Shown here: piece after piece, positions 37,808 through 46,248 of the stretch
Position numbering within the stretch: the stretch's first letter is position 1
Layout of the letters: the number at the start of each line of letters is the position of its first letter
From: Bacteroidales bacterium
GTDB lineage: Bacteria; Bacteroidota; Bacteroidia; Bacteroidales; VadinHA17
Reading direction: 5' to 3'
Assembly: GCA_036759025.1 (NCBI GenBank)
Contig: DAIOVL010000001.1
Coordinates: 189,807-253,806 of the forward strand
DNA: 64,000 nt
Notes under the pieces: model-generated
Seen by the model: the letters and a program-made list of their open reading frames with translations, nothing else
What the model was told of the DNA's origin: nothing
The model's database searches: none
Made by a program: the position numbers and the translations under genes

Positions 37808-38185
37808 GTGGAAAGGAAATGTCTCGACTGTGGAGCAAAGATCCATGGCCGCACCGACAAAAAATTTTGTTCCGACCAATGCAGGAACAATTACAACAAC
37901 AGAATTAACCGTGACAGTAATAATTTTGTCAGGAATGTTCATGGTTTGTTAAGGAAAAACAGACGCATACTTGGTGACCTCTATGCTGAAGGAAAAACGA
38001 AATTCCACAAGGACGCGCTGTATGCCCTTGGATATAACTTCAACTTCTTTACCCATATAATTGAGACATCAAAAGGGGAGAAGTTCCTTTATTGTTTTGA
38101 ATATGGCTATACCGAAACGGGGAATGATTTTATTGAGCTAAGAAAAAACAGCCGCTATCTGGAATATCAAAATGATACCCATTGA
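37808..38185 (+). CDS. Zn-ribbon (DUF2116-like) hypothetical protein (GTG start; ORF track 37781)
   Basis: CLDCG..I.GR.DKKFCSDQCR..YNN; C-terminal YCFEYGY. Confidence 0.8.
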   Translation: MERKCLDCGAKIHGRTDKKFCSDQCRNNYNNRINRDSNNFVRNVHGLLRKNRRILGDLYAEGKTKFHKDALYALGYNFNFFTHIIETSKGEKFLYCFEYGYTETGNDFIELRKNSRYLEYQNDTH

Positions 38186-38218
38186 CAACGGCCGTTCTGC
38201 CTTCAGATTTTTACCTGA

Positions 38219-39868
38219 TCATTCTATCTCGCCGTTGGCAGCTTCCCACATCTGGAGATATGCAAGTTTTATAATATCCGTCATTTTTGTCCAGTTAACA
38301 AGACTTACCTCATCTGAGGGCTGATGATATTCAGGATGCATAGCTGCCATCCATGCTATTATGGGGATCTTGTTATTTGTGAACGCCGTATAGTCGCTGC
38401 CTCCCGTAGGAGCTTCATTACTCCTTATGTTGAGGTTAAGATTGAGTTTGTACTGTTCCAGGGCATTTTTTGTTATCTCTTCGAGCTTTGGATAGGCTTT
38501 TGTATAAGTAATTCCGGCCATGTTCTTTTCCGTGTCGTTGACTGCATCCCTGGAGATCATATCAAAATTCATGTAGAATTTGTAATCACTGATCTTTCCG
38601 AGGGATGGGTAAAGAGTGAAATATTCCGATCCGAGAAGGCCTTTTTCTTCTCCGGTCCATGCACAGAAAACGATGTTTCTCCTGGGTTTTTGACCGCTCA
38701 TGGCAAAAGCTCTTGCAAGGGTTAAAACACCAACAGTCCCGGAAGCATTGTCGTCGGCTCCGTTCCAGATTTTTCCTCTGTCCATTCCCATATGATCCAT
38801 GTGCGCGCCAACAACAACATACTCATCAGTTATTTCCCCCTCTATAACAGCAATTACATTGCTTACGTTAATTCTTTTGGTACTGACTGAAACATTGAGC
38901 TCTGATGTAAGCCCCGGAAGGATCACCGGCTTGAATTTCACCCGGCCCTGGGCAGCATCATTTTCATATTTTTCAATATCGAGGCCACCTTCCTTTATGA
39001 GCAGGTCAGACACTCTCTCAGTAACGGTTATCGTTGTCGGGTTGGAGCTTATCTCTCTGCCGTCGAGGCGCATGGGGAACCAGTTTGTACGCTGGCTGCT
39101 CTCGGCATATGCCGGATTGTTATCAAATTTATATACACCCCAGTTCTTTGCTATATCCCTGTTTACTGTCAGATCGATGATCCCGAGTACTCCGAGACGT
39201 CCCGCCAGTTCTGTTTTATTACGCTGAATTTCGTACTGGGCACGTGTGTTTTCGCCGACAAGCTTTTTGTACATGGTTGAATTTGGGTCATTATATCCGG
39301 GAAAGCCGTTAAGCCTTACTATCACTTTCCCTTTTACATCAACACCTTCAAAGTCATCTATGCCGTTTGCCTTGTCCTGCATTCCGTAACCTACAAAAAC
39401 AACCGGTGCATCGAATTTTATATCCATTGTAGCCCTCGAGATCGAAAAATCTATATTCTCCCTGAAAACATATTCCCTTCCTCCTTTTTTGATTATGAAT
39501 GTAGATTCTCCGGTAGGCTGGGTCTCAAGAAGAGTGAAATTCTGTAAATAACTTTTTTCGGATTGGGGAGGTCTCTGTCCCTGTGGACTTCTAATCATCA
39601 TGGTCCTTCCCCTGCCTCTCATCTGATAATCACCGGCAGGAGATGCACCGAAAACCCTGAACATGCTTGCAACATAGTCAGCTGCTATAAAAGAGCCCCT
39701 TTCTCCGGTTCCCCTGCCTTCCATCCAGTCGGATGCAAGGAATTCCAGCTGCCCTTTTACAACGTCGACGGTGATGGTCTGAAGCCCTTGTTCTTTAGGG
39801 GTAGTCTGCCCCCAGATATTACAGGTCAGAAAAAATGCACCTGCCAGAATTGAAATAGTCTTTTTCAT
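38219..39868 (-). CDS. M28 family metallopeptidase with PA domain
   Basis: FLASD..EGR..G, GAHMDH, NGADDNASG, GEEKGLLGS, NFDMI, SDY, YHQPSDE. Confidence 0.9.
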   Translation of the reverse strand: MKKTISILAGAFFLTCNIWGQTTPKEQGLQTITVDVVKGQLEFLASDWMEGRGTGERGSFIAADYVASMFRVFGASPAGDYQMRGRGRTMMIRSPQGQRPPQSEKSYLQNFTLLETQPTGESTFIIKKGGREYVFRENIDFSISRATMDIKFDAPVVFVGYGMQDKANGIDDFEGVDVKGKVIVRLNGFPGYNDPNSTMYKKLVGENTRAQYEIQRNKTELAGRLGVLGIIDLTVNRDIAKNWGVYKFDNNPAYAESSQRTNWFPMRLDGREISSNPTTITVTERVSDLLIKEGGLDIEKYENDAAQGRVKFKPVILPGLTSELNVSVSTKRINVSNVIAVIEGEITDEYVVVGAHMDHMGMDRGKIWNGADDNASGTVGVLTLARAFAMSGQKPRRNIVFCAWTGEEKGLLGSEYFTLYPSLGKISDYKFYMNFDMISRDAVNDTEKNMAGITYTKAYPKLEEITKNALEQYKLNLNLNIRSNEAPTGGSDYTAFTNNKIPIIAWMAAMHPEYHQPSDEVSLVNWTKMTDIIKLAYLQMWEAANGEIE

Positions 39869-39936
39869 GATTTGAGATTTGTTTGTTTAATTTGGTTTTC
39901 AATATTATCAAATATTATTTACCGTAAATGAACAGC

Positions 39937-39944
39937 CAAATATA
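39937..39944 (-). promoter_or_regulatory. -7 promoter element (TATATTTG) for the M28 peptidase
   Basis: CAAATATA on + strand. Confidence 0.45.
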
Positions 39945-40148
39945 CTTAACAACTTTTAACAATAGTATGTGCAAATACTACTTATGGTATGAAAAATATA
40001 TACTCTGAAAAAAGAGTCAGTGGAATTCTTACGATAAAATAAATGATGACTCCCTGCAACCTTTTTATAATTTTTTTCGTTATATGTATGTTTATTAACG
40101 TCAATGTTCTTTTAACTAACACATCTTTTGAAACTTAAAAACTGGATT

Positions 40149-40775
40149 ATGAAAAAACTACTTGTTCTTCCAATGGCATTGCTTTTTGCCTTTCCTCTCT
40201 TTTCGCAGGTTGATTTCGGCCTGAAAATAGGAGCCAGCACCAACTCCATCACAATGGAGGATGCCAAGCAGATCACCACTTCAGGCGGTGCCGAGTACCT
40301 GCTGGATAAGGCAGAAGGAGCATCATACGGACTACACGGAGGGCTTTTTTTAAGAGCTACCTTTAATAAATTCTTTATCCAGCCGGAAGTGCTGTTCTCC
40401 ACACGTTCGAACGAATACACTCTTTCAGGAGTCAACTCAATTACCGATTCGCTGACGGTGAAACAGGCTTTTAACCGGCTCGATATCCCCGTTTTACTTG
40501 GACTGAAATTCGGTCCGGTAAGAATAAATGCAGGTCCCGTAGGTTCAGTAAGGATCGGTTCCCCCAAGGAGCTTATTGAAGATCCTGATGTGAAAGCAGT
40601 TTATGCATCTATGACATTCGGATATCAGGCAGGTCTTGGACTGGATCTTTTTGAAAAGCTTACCATCGACCTCAGATATGAGGGAGGACTTTCGAAATAT
40701 CAAAATAAAATTCAGGATGTCACTCTCGATGACAGACCTAATGCATTCCTTCTGAGTATAGGATATATGTTCTGA
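40149..40775 (+). CDS. Outer-membrane beta-barrel protein (PorT/porin family)
   Basis: Signal peptide, FGLKIG, FIQPEV, LDIPVLLG, terminal SIGYMF. Confidence 0.85.
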   Translation: MKKLLVLPMALLFAFPLFSQVDFGLKIGASTNSITMEDAKQITTSGGAEYLLDKAEGASYGLHGGLFLRATFNKFFIQPEVLFSTRSNEYTLSGVNSITDSLTVKQAFNRLDIPVLLGLKFGPVRINAGPVGSVRIGSPKELIEDPDVKAVYASMTFGYQAGLGLDLFEKLTIDLRYEGGLSKYQNKIQDVTLDDRPNAFLLSIGYMF

Positions 40776-40802
40776 GAAGCTGAAAGCCAAAAATATCAGG
40801 TT

Positions 40803-40830
40803 GGGACGTCCGTGGGACGTCCCTTTTTTT
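40803..40830 (+). terminator. Intrinsic terminator after the beta-barrel gene
   Basis: GGGACGTCC-GTG-GGACGTCCC perfect 9-bp stem followed by T7. Confidence 0.9.
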
Positions 40831-40851
40831 CACGTTGCCGAACAAAGTGAT

Positions 40852-41226
40852 TTACTTCCAGATGAGCATCCGAAGTGCAACCATTAAAAGTACCAGTCCG
40901 AAAATCTTCTTTAATAAATGCTGGGGGATATTGATTGCAAATCTGGATCCAAAATAGGATCCAATAATAAAGGTAAGAGCCAGAATCAGAGCTATCCTAA
41001 GGTCAACATGACCCGCTTTCCAGTAATTATATGCTGCCACAATCCCTATTGGCGGCAGCATAACCGCCAGACTGGTGCCCTGAGCCATGTGCTGACTGAA
41101 TCCAAGAAAAAAAATAAGCGCCGGAACCATTATTATGGCTCCTCCCACTCCAAGCATTCCGGCCGTTATTCCGGTTATGATCCCGATAATGATGACAATG
41201 ATTAACATCGATACTGACATATTCAT
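40852..41226 (-). CDS. Half-size TauE/SafE sulfite-exporter family protein
   Basis: G...GMLGVGG.II.VPAL, QH.AQGTSL, GS.FGS; only about 124 aa. Confidence 0.85.
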   Translation of the reverse strand: MNMSVSMLIIVIIIGIITGITAGMLGVGGAIIMVPALIFFLGFSQHMAQGTSLAVMLPPIGIVAAYNYWKAGHVDLRIALILALTFIIGSYFGSRFAINIPQHLLKKIFGLVLLMVALRMLIWK

Positions 41227-41276
41227 GATTTTAATTTGTTTTATCACTGAAAGCAGTAAAAATAGGAACAATTAAG

Positions 41277-41284
41277 TAATTTTG
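41277..41284 (+). promoter_or_regulatory. -7 promoter element (TAATTTTG) for mltG
   Basis: TAnnTTTG 18 bp upstream of start. Confidence 0.5.
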
Positions 41285-41301
41285 CACCTCTTGGCGATGG
41301 G

Positions 41302-42333
41302 ATGAAAAAAAAGAACTTTTTAGCTTTTGCATATCTGTTACTCTTAGCTGCAGTATTATGCTCCTCACTCGTACTATGGCTTCTGTTTGCTAAAAATATA
41401 AAGACCGATGGTGAAAAAATCACCCTATATATTCCGGAAGATTCTGCATTTTCACAGGTGCTTGATACCATCGAAGTCAATTTTACTATAAAACATCCCG
41501 TTATACTCCGGTGGATAGCCGCCAGGAAACAATATCCCTCCCTGATAAAACCTGGAAGGTTCGTTATAGATCAGGATATCAGCTATATTGGGCTGATCAA
41601 CCTCCTCCGCTCAGGAAACCAGGTGCCTGTGAATCTGACATTCAATAATATCAGGACCATCAGCGACCTTGCCGGAAAAGTGGGCGGACAAATTTCATCT
41701 GATTCCTCGGAAATAGCCGGATTCCTTTTAAACTCTGATAATTATGCAGGAGACGGGTTTTCGAAGGAAACTATCTTAGCTGCATTCATCCCGAATACAT
41801 ACCAGTTTTTCTGGAACACCGGTGCGAAGGAATTCTATAAAAGGATGCTCAGGGAGTACAATGACTTCTGGAATGAAGACAGAAGGGCGAAGGCGAAAGC
41901 CATTGGATTGACTCCTCTAGAAGTTTCAACACTCGCGTCGATTGTCGATGAAGAAGCTGCCAAAACAGATGAGAAGCCCCGTATCGCAGGTGTTTACCTT
42001 AACAGGCTGAGAAGGGGCATACCGCTTCAGGCCGATCCGACCATAATATTCGCCCTCGGCGATTTCAGTATCACCAGGGTCCTGAAGATCCATCTGGAAA
42101 CAGACTCTCCATATAACACTTACAAATACAGGGGCCTTCCTCCGGGACCGATAAACTCTCCTTCAATCTCTGCAATCGATGCTGTGCTGAACGCTGAAAA
42201 GCATGATTATCTGTATTTCTCCGCGAAACCTGATTTCTCCGGATATCACAATTTCTCCCGTACTCTTTCGGAACATAACCGCTTTGCGGCAGAATATCAC
42301 AGGGAGCTCAACCGGAGACGAATATTCAGGTGA
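41302..42333 (+). CDS. mltG: Endolytic transglycosylase
   Basis: FIPNTY.F, LASIVDEE, IAGVYLNRL..G..LQADPT, SPYNTY...GLPPGPI, YLYF. Confidence 0.95.
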   Translation: MKKKNFLAFAYLLLLAAVLCSSLVLWLLFAKNIKTDGEKITLYIPEDSAFSQVLDTIEVNFTIKHPVILRWIAARKQYPSLIKPGRFVIDQDISYIGLINLLRSGNQVPVNLTFNNIRTISDLAGKVGGQISSDSSEIAGFLLNSDNYAGDGFSKETILAAFIPNTYQFFWNTGAKEFYKRMLREYNDFWNEDRRAKAKAIGLTPLEVSTLASIVDEEAAKTDEKPRIAGVYLNRLRRGIPLQADPTIIFALGDFSITRVLKIHLETDSPYNTYKYRGLPPGPINSPSISAIDAVLNAEKHDYLYFSAKPDFSGYHNFSRTLSEHNRFAAEYHRELNRRRIFR

Positions 42334-43345
42334 TGCCTGTAACCTCGACTTCTCTTTCAAGAACGATCCCGAATCTCTCAGTAACGCTCCTCCTTATCAT
42401 TTCAGATAGTTCGAAGATGTCCCTGCCTGTCGCTCCGCCGTGGTTTACCAGCACAAGGGCCTGTTTGTCATGGACCCCGGCATCCCCGATCCTTTTTCCC
42501 TTCCAGCCGCACTGTTCTATCAGCCATCCTGCTGCCAGTTTCTTATTCCCGTCTTCTTCATTATAGACGGGGATTCCTGGGAAATCCTTTATCATTCGAA
42601 GAGCTGTCATGTTATCGACAACAGGATTTTTGAAAAAACTGCCGGCATTTCCTGTTAAACAAGGATCCGGAAGCTTGCTTTGCCTTATTCTCAGAACCGC
42701 TTGTCTGACTCTTTTCAAGGTAGCTCTGCCTTTCTTTTCAACCTCTTCTCTCAGAGATCCGTAGTCCAGTACCGGATTGAAAACAAGTCCCAGTATGAAA
42801 TAGACTCTGGTAATAAGATATTGGCCTTTTACTGTTGTTTTGAAGATGCTGGAACGGTATCCGAATCCGCATTCATTATTCTGGAAAATCCTTACTTTGC
42901 CTCCGTGGACCGATACACACCTTACTTTATGAATGTAATCTCTGGCTTCAACACCATAAGCACCGATATTCTGGACAGGCACTGCTCCCACTGTGCCGGG
43001 GATCCCCGAAAGGTTCTCGATCCCGCTGAAGCCTGTTTCAACGCACCATTCAACAAATGAATCCCATTCCGTGCCAGCTCCGGCGGAAACTATCACATGG
43101 TCCTTCTCAAGTTTATCCACTCTGATGCTCCGGAAGTAAGGACAGACGATTGTGCCCCTGAAATCATCAGTGAAAAGGAGGTTGCTTCCTCCTCCGAGTA
43201 TCAGCAGGGGCTTACCCGGATGCAGCTCATTCCCGAACAGATGTTTTGCATCCTTCTCCTTGTCGATACTGATCAATGTACCCGCTTTATAATCAAGACC
43301 GAAGGTATTGAAAGGCTTAAGCGATATGTTTTTCCGGATTATCAT
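42326..43345 (-). CDS. murB: UDP-N-acetylenolpyruvoylglucosamine reductase
   Basis: FNTFG, LGGGSNLLF, ENLSGIPGTVGA.PVQNIGAYG, GYRSSIFK, NAGSFFKNP, QALVLVN.G, LE.EV. Confidence 0.96.
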   Translation of the reverse strand: MIIRKNISLKPFNTFGLDYKAGTLISIDKEKDAKHLFGNELHPGKPLLILGGGSNLLFTDDFRGTIVCPYFRSIRVDKLEKDHVIVSAGAGTEWDSFVEWCVETGFSGIENLSGIPGTVGAVPVQNIGAYGVEARDYIHKVRCVSVHGGKVRIFQNNECGFGYRSSIFKTTVKGQYLITRVYFILGLVFNPVLDYGSLREEVEKKGRATLKRVRQAVLRIRQSKLPDPCLTGNAGSFFKNPVVDNMTALRMIKDFPGIPVYNEEDGNKKLAAGWLIEQCGWKGKRIGDAGVHDKQALVLVNHGGATGRDIFELSEMIRRSVTERFGIVLEREVEVTGIT

Positions 43346-43417
43346 AGGTTTACAGGATAAAAGTATACTTTTTATTTATAAATAATTCCGCTCATGGGAC
43401 AGGCTCTGAAGGGGGGC

Positions 43418-43454
43418 TAAAACCCTTAAAATTTAAACTTTAAACTTTAAACGA
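43418..43454 (+). repeat. Heptamer tandem repeat TAAACTT-type x4-5
   Basis: TAAAACCCT TAAAATT TAAACTT TAAACTT TAAACGA. Confidence 0.7.
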
Positions 43455-43564
43455 AAGCTGGCGGTCAGAAGTTGCAGTTGGAAATAATAAGAAGTAACGC
43501 CAGCTTATAATTCATTTCTGATCTCCGGCTTCTGATTTTATATATGATAATCAGTATATTATAG

Positions 43565-43981
43565 TCACTTAAAATATTTCCTGAGAAATTGCCCGCAATT
43601 GAGGATCTCAATCTCAGAAAAATGGAAGTCGCCTGTATCTTCAGTGATAATGATATTACAGCCGGCATTCACTGCTGAATAGTATTCAAGGCCATCTTCG
43701 AAATCAGATATCTGCCTTGCCGCGATGGTCTGATTAACTTCATTAGTACCTGTCGGAGCAATACTTATATGTGAGGCAAGCAATGATATCTTTTTCCGGG
43801 CCGATGCCGTGCCGCTTTTCTTTTCGGCAAAATAGAAAGCTATTGCAAGGCATATCGGTGAAGTATAAATGCTGAACCGCTTGCCATCCTGAAGGCTCAG
43901 GATCCTGGCGGCCAGGCTGAAGAGCGGATATTCTCTGTTCAGGACGGCTATCAGTACATTTGCATCCAGAAAGATCTTCAT
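43565..43981 (-). CDS. PIN-domain (VapC-like) toxin
   Basis: IFLDANVL, DFEDG..Y.SA, IITED acidic tetrad pattern. Confidence 0.88.
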   Translation of the reverse strand: MKIFLDANVLIAVLNREYPLFSLAARILSLQDGKRFSIYTSPICLAIAFYFAEKKSGTASARKKISLLASHISIAPTGTNEVNQTIAARQISDFEDGLEYYSAVNAGCNIIITEDTGDFHFSEIEILNCGQFLRKYFK

Positions 43982-44235
43982 TTCCGGGAGTTCAGGAATT
44001 CGTTCTTCATATCCCTGCTCGTCCGTCTGCGGATCTGATATTCAGTACTTCCTTCCGATAGTTCCATCACCCAGTCAGATATCTGAAGATCTTCGAGCGA
44101 ACTGTAGCTGCCACTGGTTATTCGCCTGAGCAGGAATTCCATAAGCCGGGAGAGACTTATGTTCTGAGATTCTGCATATTTTTTGGCCTTTTCAATCACC
44201 TCCCTGTCGAATGATAATGTGATCTTTGCATTCAT
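43978..44235 (-). CDS. DUF6364-family antitoxin (RHH-like)
   Basis: KITLSFDREVIEKAKKYA...NISLSRL.E; ATGA overlap with PIN gene. Confidence 0.85.
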   Translation of the reverse strand: MNAKITLSFDREVIEKAKKYAESQNISLSRLMEFLLRRITSGSYSSLEDLQISDWVMELSEGSTEYQIRRRTSRDMKNEFLNSRK

Positions 44236-44252
44236 ATTGCTGAATTATACGA

Positions 44253-44260
44253 CAAAGATA
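44253..44260 (-). promoter_or_regulatory. -7 promoter element (TATCTTTG) for the TA operon
   Basis: CAAAGATA 18 bp upstream of the antitoxin start. Confidence 0.55.
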
Positions 44261-44392
44261 TAATATTATTACGTATTAAAAACGATTCATTATTATTACA
44301 GTGTTTTTGCCAACAGTCATTTGCCAACTGCCAACTTCTTTAAAGACTTCCAACTTATTTTTTCCTACTTTTATCCCATGCATCACGACGAA

Positions 44393-45544
44393 ATGAAATT
44401 GAAGATTGCTTTCAGCGTAACCAACTGCATCTGCTTCGACCAGCGGGTGCTGAAAATAGCTGAAGTCGTCAGCAGTCAGGGTTGCGAAGTTACAATCATC
44501 GGCCGGCACCTCGCTTTGCCAACCGTAGCCATGCGGAGGTTGGGAGAATGCTGCGAGGAGGATTCGATTCCCTTCAGGACAAAGAGATTCAGGATGATCT
44601 TCAAACGGGGATTCCTCTTCTATAAATTCATCAATATCCGTATCTTCTTCTACCTGCTCTTTCACCGCTTCGACACCCTCGTAGCCAATGACCTCGACAC
44701 CCTTCTTCCCAATTTTCTGGTCTCGAAGCTAAAACGCATTCCACTGGTTTACGATTCCCACGAATATTTCACAGGTGTTCCTGAGATACAGAAAAGGCCC
44801 CTTGTAAAATGGGTGTGGCAAATGATCGAAAAAGCAATTTTTCCTCATCTGAAGAATGTCATGACCGTAAGTGATTCTATAGCAAACGAATATGAAAAAC
44901 AATATGGTGTCAGACCGGCGGTAATTTGTAACTGCGCACGGGCATCGGACCATATCAGTCCATATTCGAAGAGTGAGCTCGGAATAAACGAAGATCACCT
45001 TCTTCTGATCCTCCAGGGCGGCGGGATAAACATCGACAGGGGAGGAGAAGAGCTTGTTGAGGCAGTAAGCAGGCTGGAGAATGTGACCCTCCTCATTGCC
45101 GGATCCGGCGACATTGTTGAACAGCTCAGGGAAAAGACTATCGCCCTGAATTCTTTCGACAGGATAAGATTCCTCCCTCCAGTGCCCTGGGCGGAGATGA
45201 TGCGGTATACAAAAATGGCGGATGCAGGACTGACACTCGATAAGGATACGAACCTGAACTATCACTTCAGCCTGCCCAATAAGCTGTTCGATTATATTTC
45301 TGCAGGGATACCGGTCATTGCAGGCGACCTTCCGGAAGTCAGGAAAATCGTCAGTGACTGCAACTGCGGAATCATAATACCCTCGGTAACAGCCGAAGAG
45401 ATTGCGGCAGCGATAATCAAGCTGAGAGACAACAGGGAACTTCTGAACAAATTACGGCAGAACGCTGTTAATGCTTTCAACAATCTTAACTGGAAAACGG
45501 AATCGGACAAGATTGTTAAATTTTACTCAACAGTATTAAAATAA
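44393..45544 (+). CDS. Glycosyltransferase family 4 (start 44393 or 44378; ORF track 44321 probably too long)
   Basis: SVTN....DQRV, NDLDTL, VYDSHE, SLPNKLFDY..AGIPV. Confidence 0.9.
   Translation: MKLKIAFSVTNCICFDQRVLKIAEVVSSQGCEVTIIGRHLALPTVAMRRLGECCEEDSIPFRTKRFRMIFKRGFLFYKFINIRIFFYLLFHRFDTLVANDLDTLLPNFLVSKLKRIPLVYDSHEYFTGVPEIQKRPLVKWVWQMIEKAIFPHLKNVMTVSDSIANEYEKQYGVRPAVICNCARASDHISPYSKSELGINEDHLLLILQGGGINIDRGGEELVEAVSRLENVTLLIAGSGDIVEQLREKTIALNSFDRIRFLPPVPWAEMMRYTKMADAGLTLDKDTNLNYHFSLPNKLFDYISAGIPVIAGDLPEVRKIVSDCNCGIIIPSVTAEEIAAAIIKLRDNRELLNKLRQNAVNAFNNLNWKTESDKIVKFYSTVLK
44507..44543 (-). repeat. Small palindromic repeat element inside the GT4 coding frame
   Basis: CCAACC-N13-GGTTGG inverted repeat; reverse strand CCTCCGC..GCTACGGTTGGCAAAGC resembles the element at 45661-45700. 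Confidence 0.6.
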
Positions 45545-45641
45545 TAAAATGACTATCAGGAATCAATAATAAAGAGTTAATATTAAAATGTTTCTATTAT
45601 TATAATGCTAATAATCAATTATTTTCATTTTGCTCTAAATG

Positions 45642-45756
45642 ACCCCCTTTCCCGTTTCCCCCTGCGCCTTCGCGTAGCCGCTACGGCGGAGCAAGGCAGG
45701 GGGGAAATGCTTTACTCTCAGCTCCTTCCCCCGTGGGGGAAGGTTGGGAAGGGGGT
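45642..45756. repeat. Composite REP/MITE-like multi-hairpin element
   Basis: Outer ACCCCCTT/AAGGGGGT; hairpin TTTCCCCC...GGGGGAAA; hairpin CCTTCCCCC-GT-GGGGGAAGG; nested CGTAGC-C-GCTACG core. Confidence 0.8.
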
Positions 45757-45841
45757 TTAGGTGATAAAAATTTAATGCTATATTCATGATTCCCGATACT
45801 CATAAATAATAATTCATTGCAAGACCGTAAGACTTTTTATT

Positions 45842-46066
45842 ATGGAATTGATTAAGAAATACAGGTTACTGATATTCTTCACCCTCGCCGGAGGCCTGGG
45901 AGGCTTCCTCTACTGGAAATATGTCGGCTGCCTCACAGGTTCATGTCCGATAAAATCAGTATGGTACTGGAGCACCCTCTACGGAGCCCTGCTCGGGCTT
46001 CTCGCAGGAAGCATAATTAATGATTTTATCGGTAAATACAGGAAGAGGAGAGACAGGGATCATTAG
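45842..46066 (+). CDS. DUF6132-family small membrane protein
   Basis: GGLGGFLYW..VGC.TGSCPI.S....STLYGALLG. Confidence 0.85.
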   Translation: MELIKKYRLLIFFTLAGGLGGFLYWKYVGCLTGSCPIKSVWYWSTLYGALLGLLAGSIINDFIGKYRKRRDRDH

Positions 46067-46080
46067 TCTGATTGAAATAA

Positions 46081-46110
46081 CCCACCCCTGGCCCCTCCCA
46101 GGAGGGGAAT
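46081..46110. repeat. REP-like hairpin CCCACCCCTGGCCCCTCCCAGGAGGGGAAT
   Basis: CCCCTCC-CA-GGAGGGG 7-bp stem. Confidence 0.7.
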
Positions 46111-46124
46111 CAACAGGAAACCCA

Positions 46125-46173
46125 CTCTTCCGTCTCCCGTCTTCGGTCTTCCGTCTTCCATCTTCTGTCTTTT
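46125..46173 (+). repeat. Heptamer tandem repeat GTCTTCC x7 (degenerate)
   Basis: CTCTTCC GTCTCCC GTCTTCG GTCTTCC GTCTTCC ATCTTCT GTCTTTT. Confidence 0.85.
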
Positions 46174-46248
46174 TAAAGTACCAGCAATCAAAATATTTAT
46201 TACTTTGCAGGTGACTTAACCTGTTATTGATTCATTAAATATTTTAAG

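Noticed and set aside
43455-43506. attC-like integron site beside the TA module
   Set aside because: The inverted repeat lacks RYYYAAC/GTTRRRY boxes in the right arrangement, and there is no integron integrase or second site
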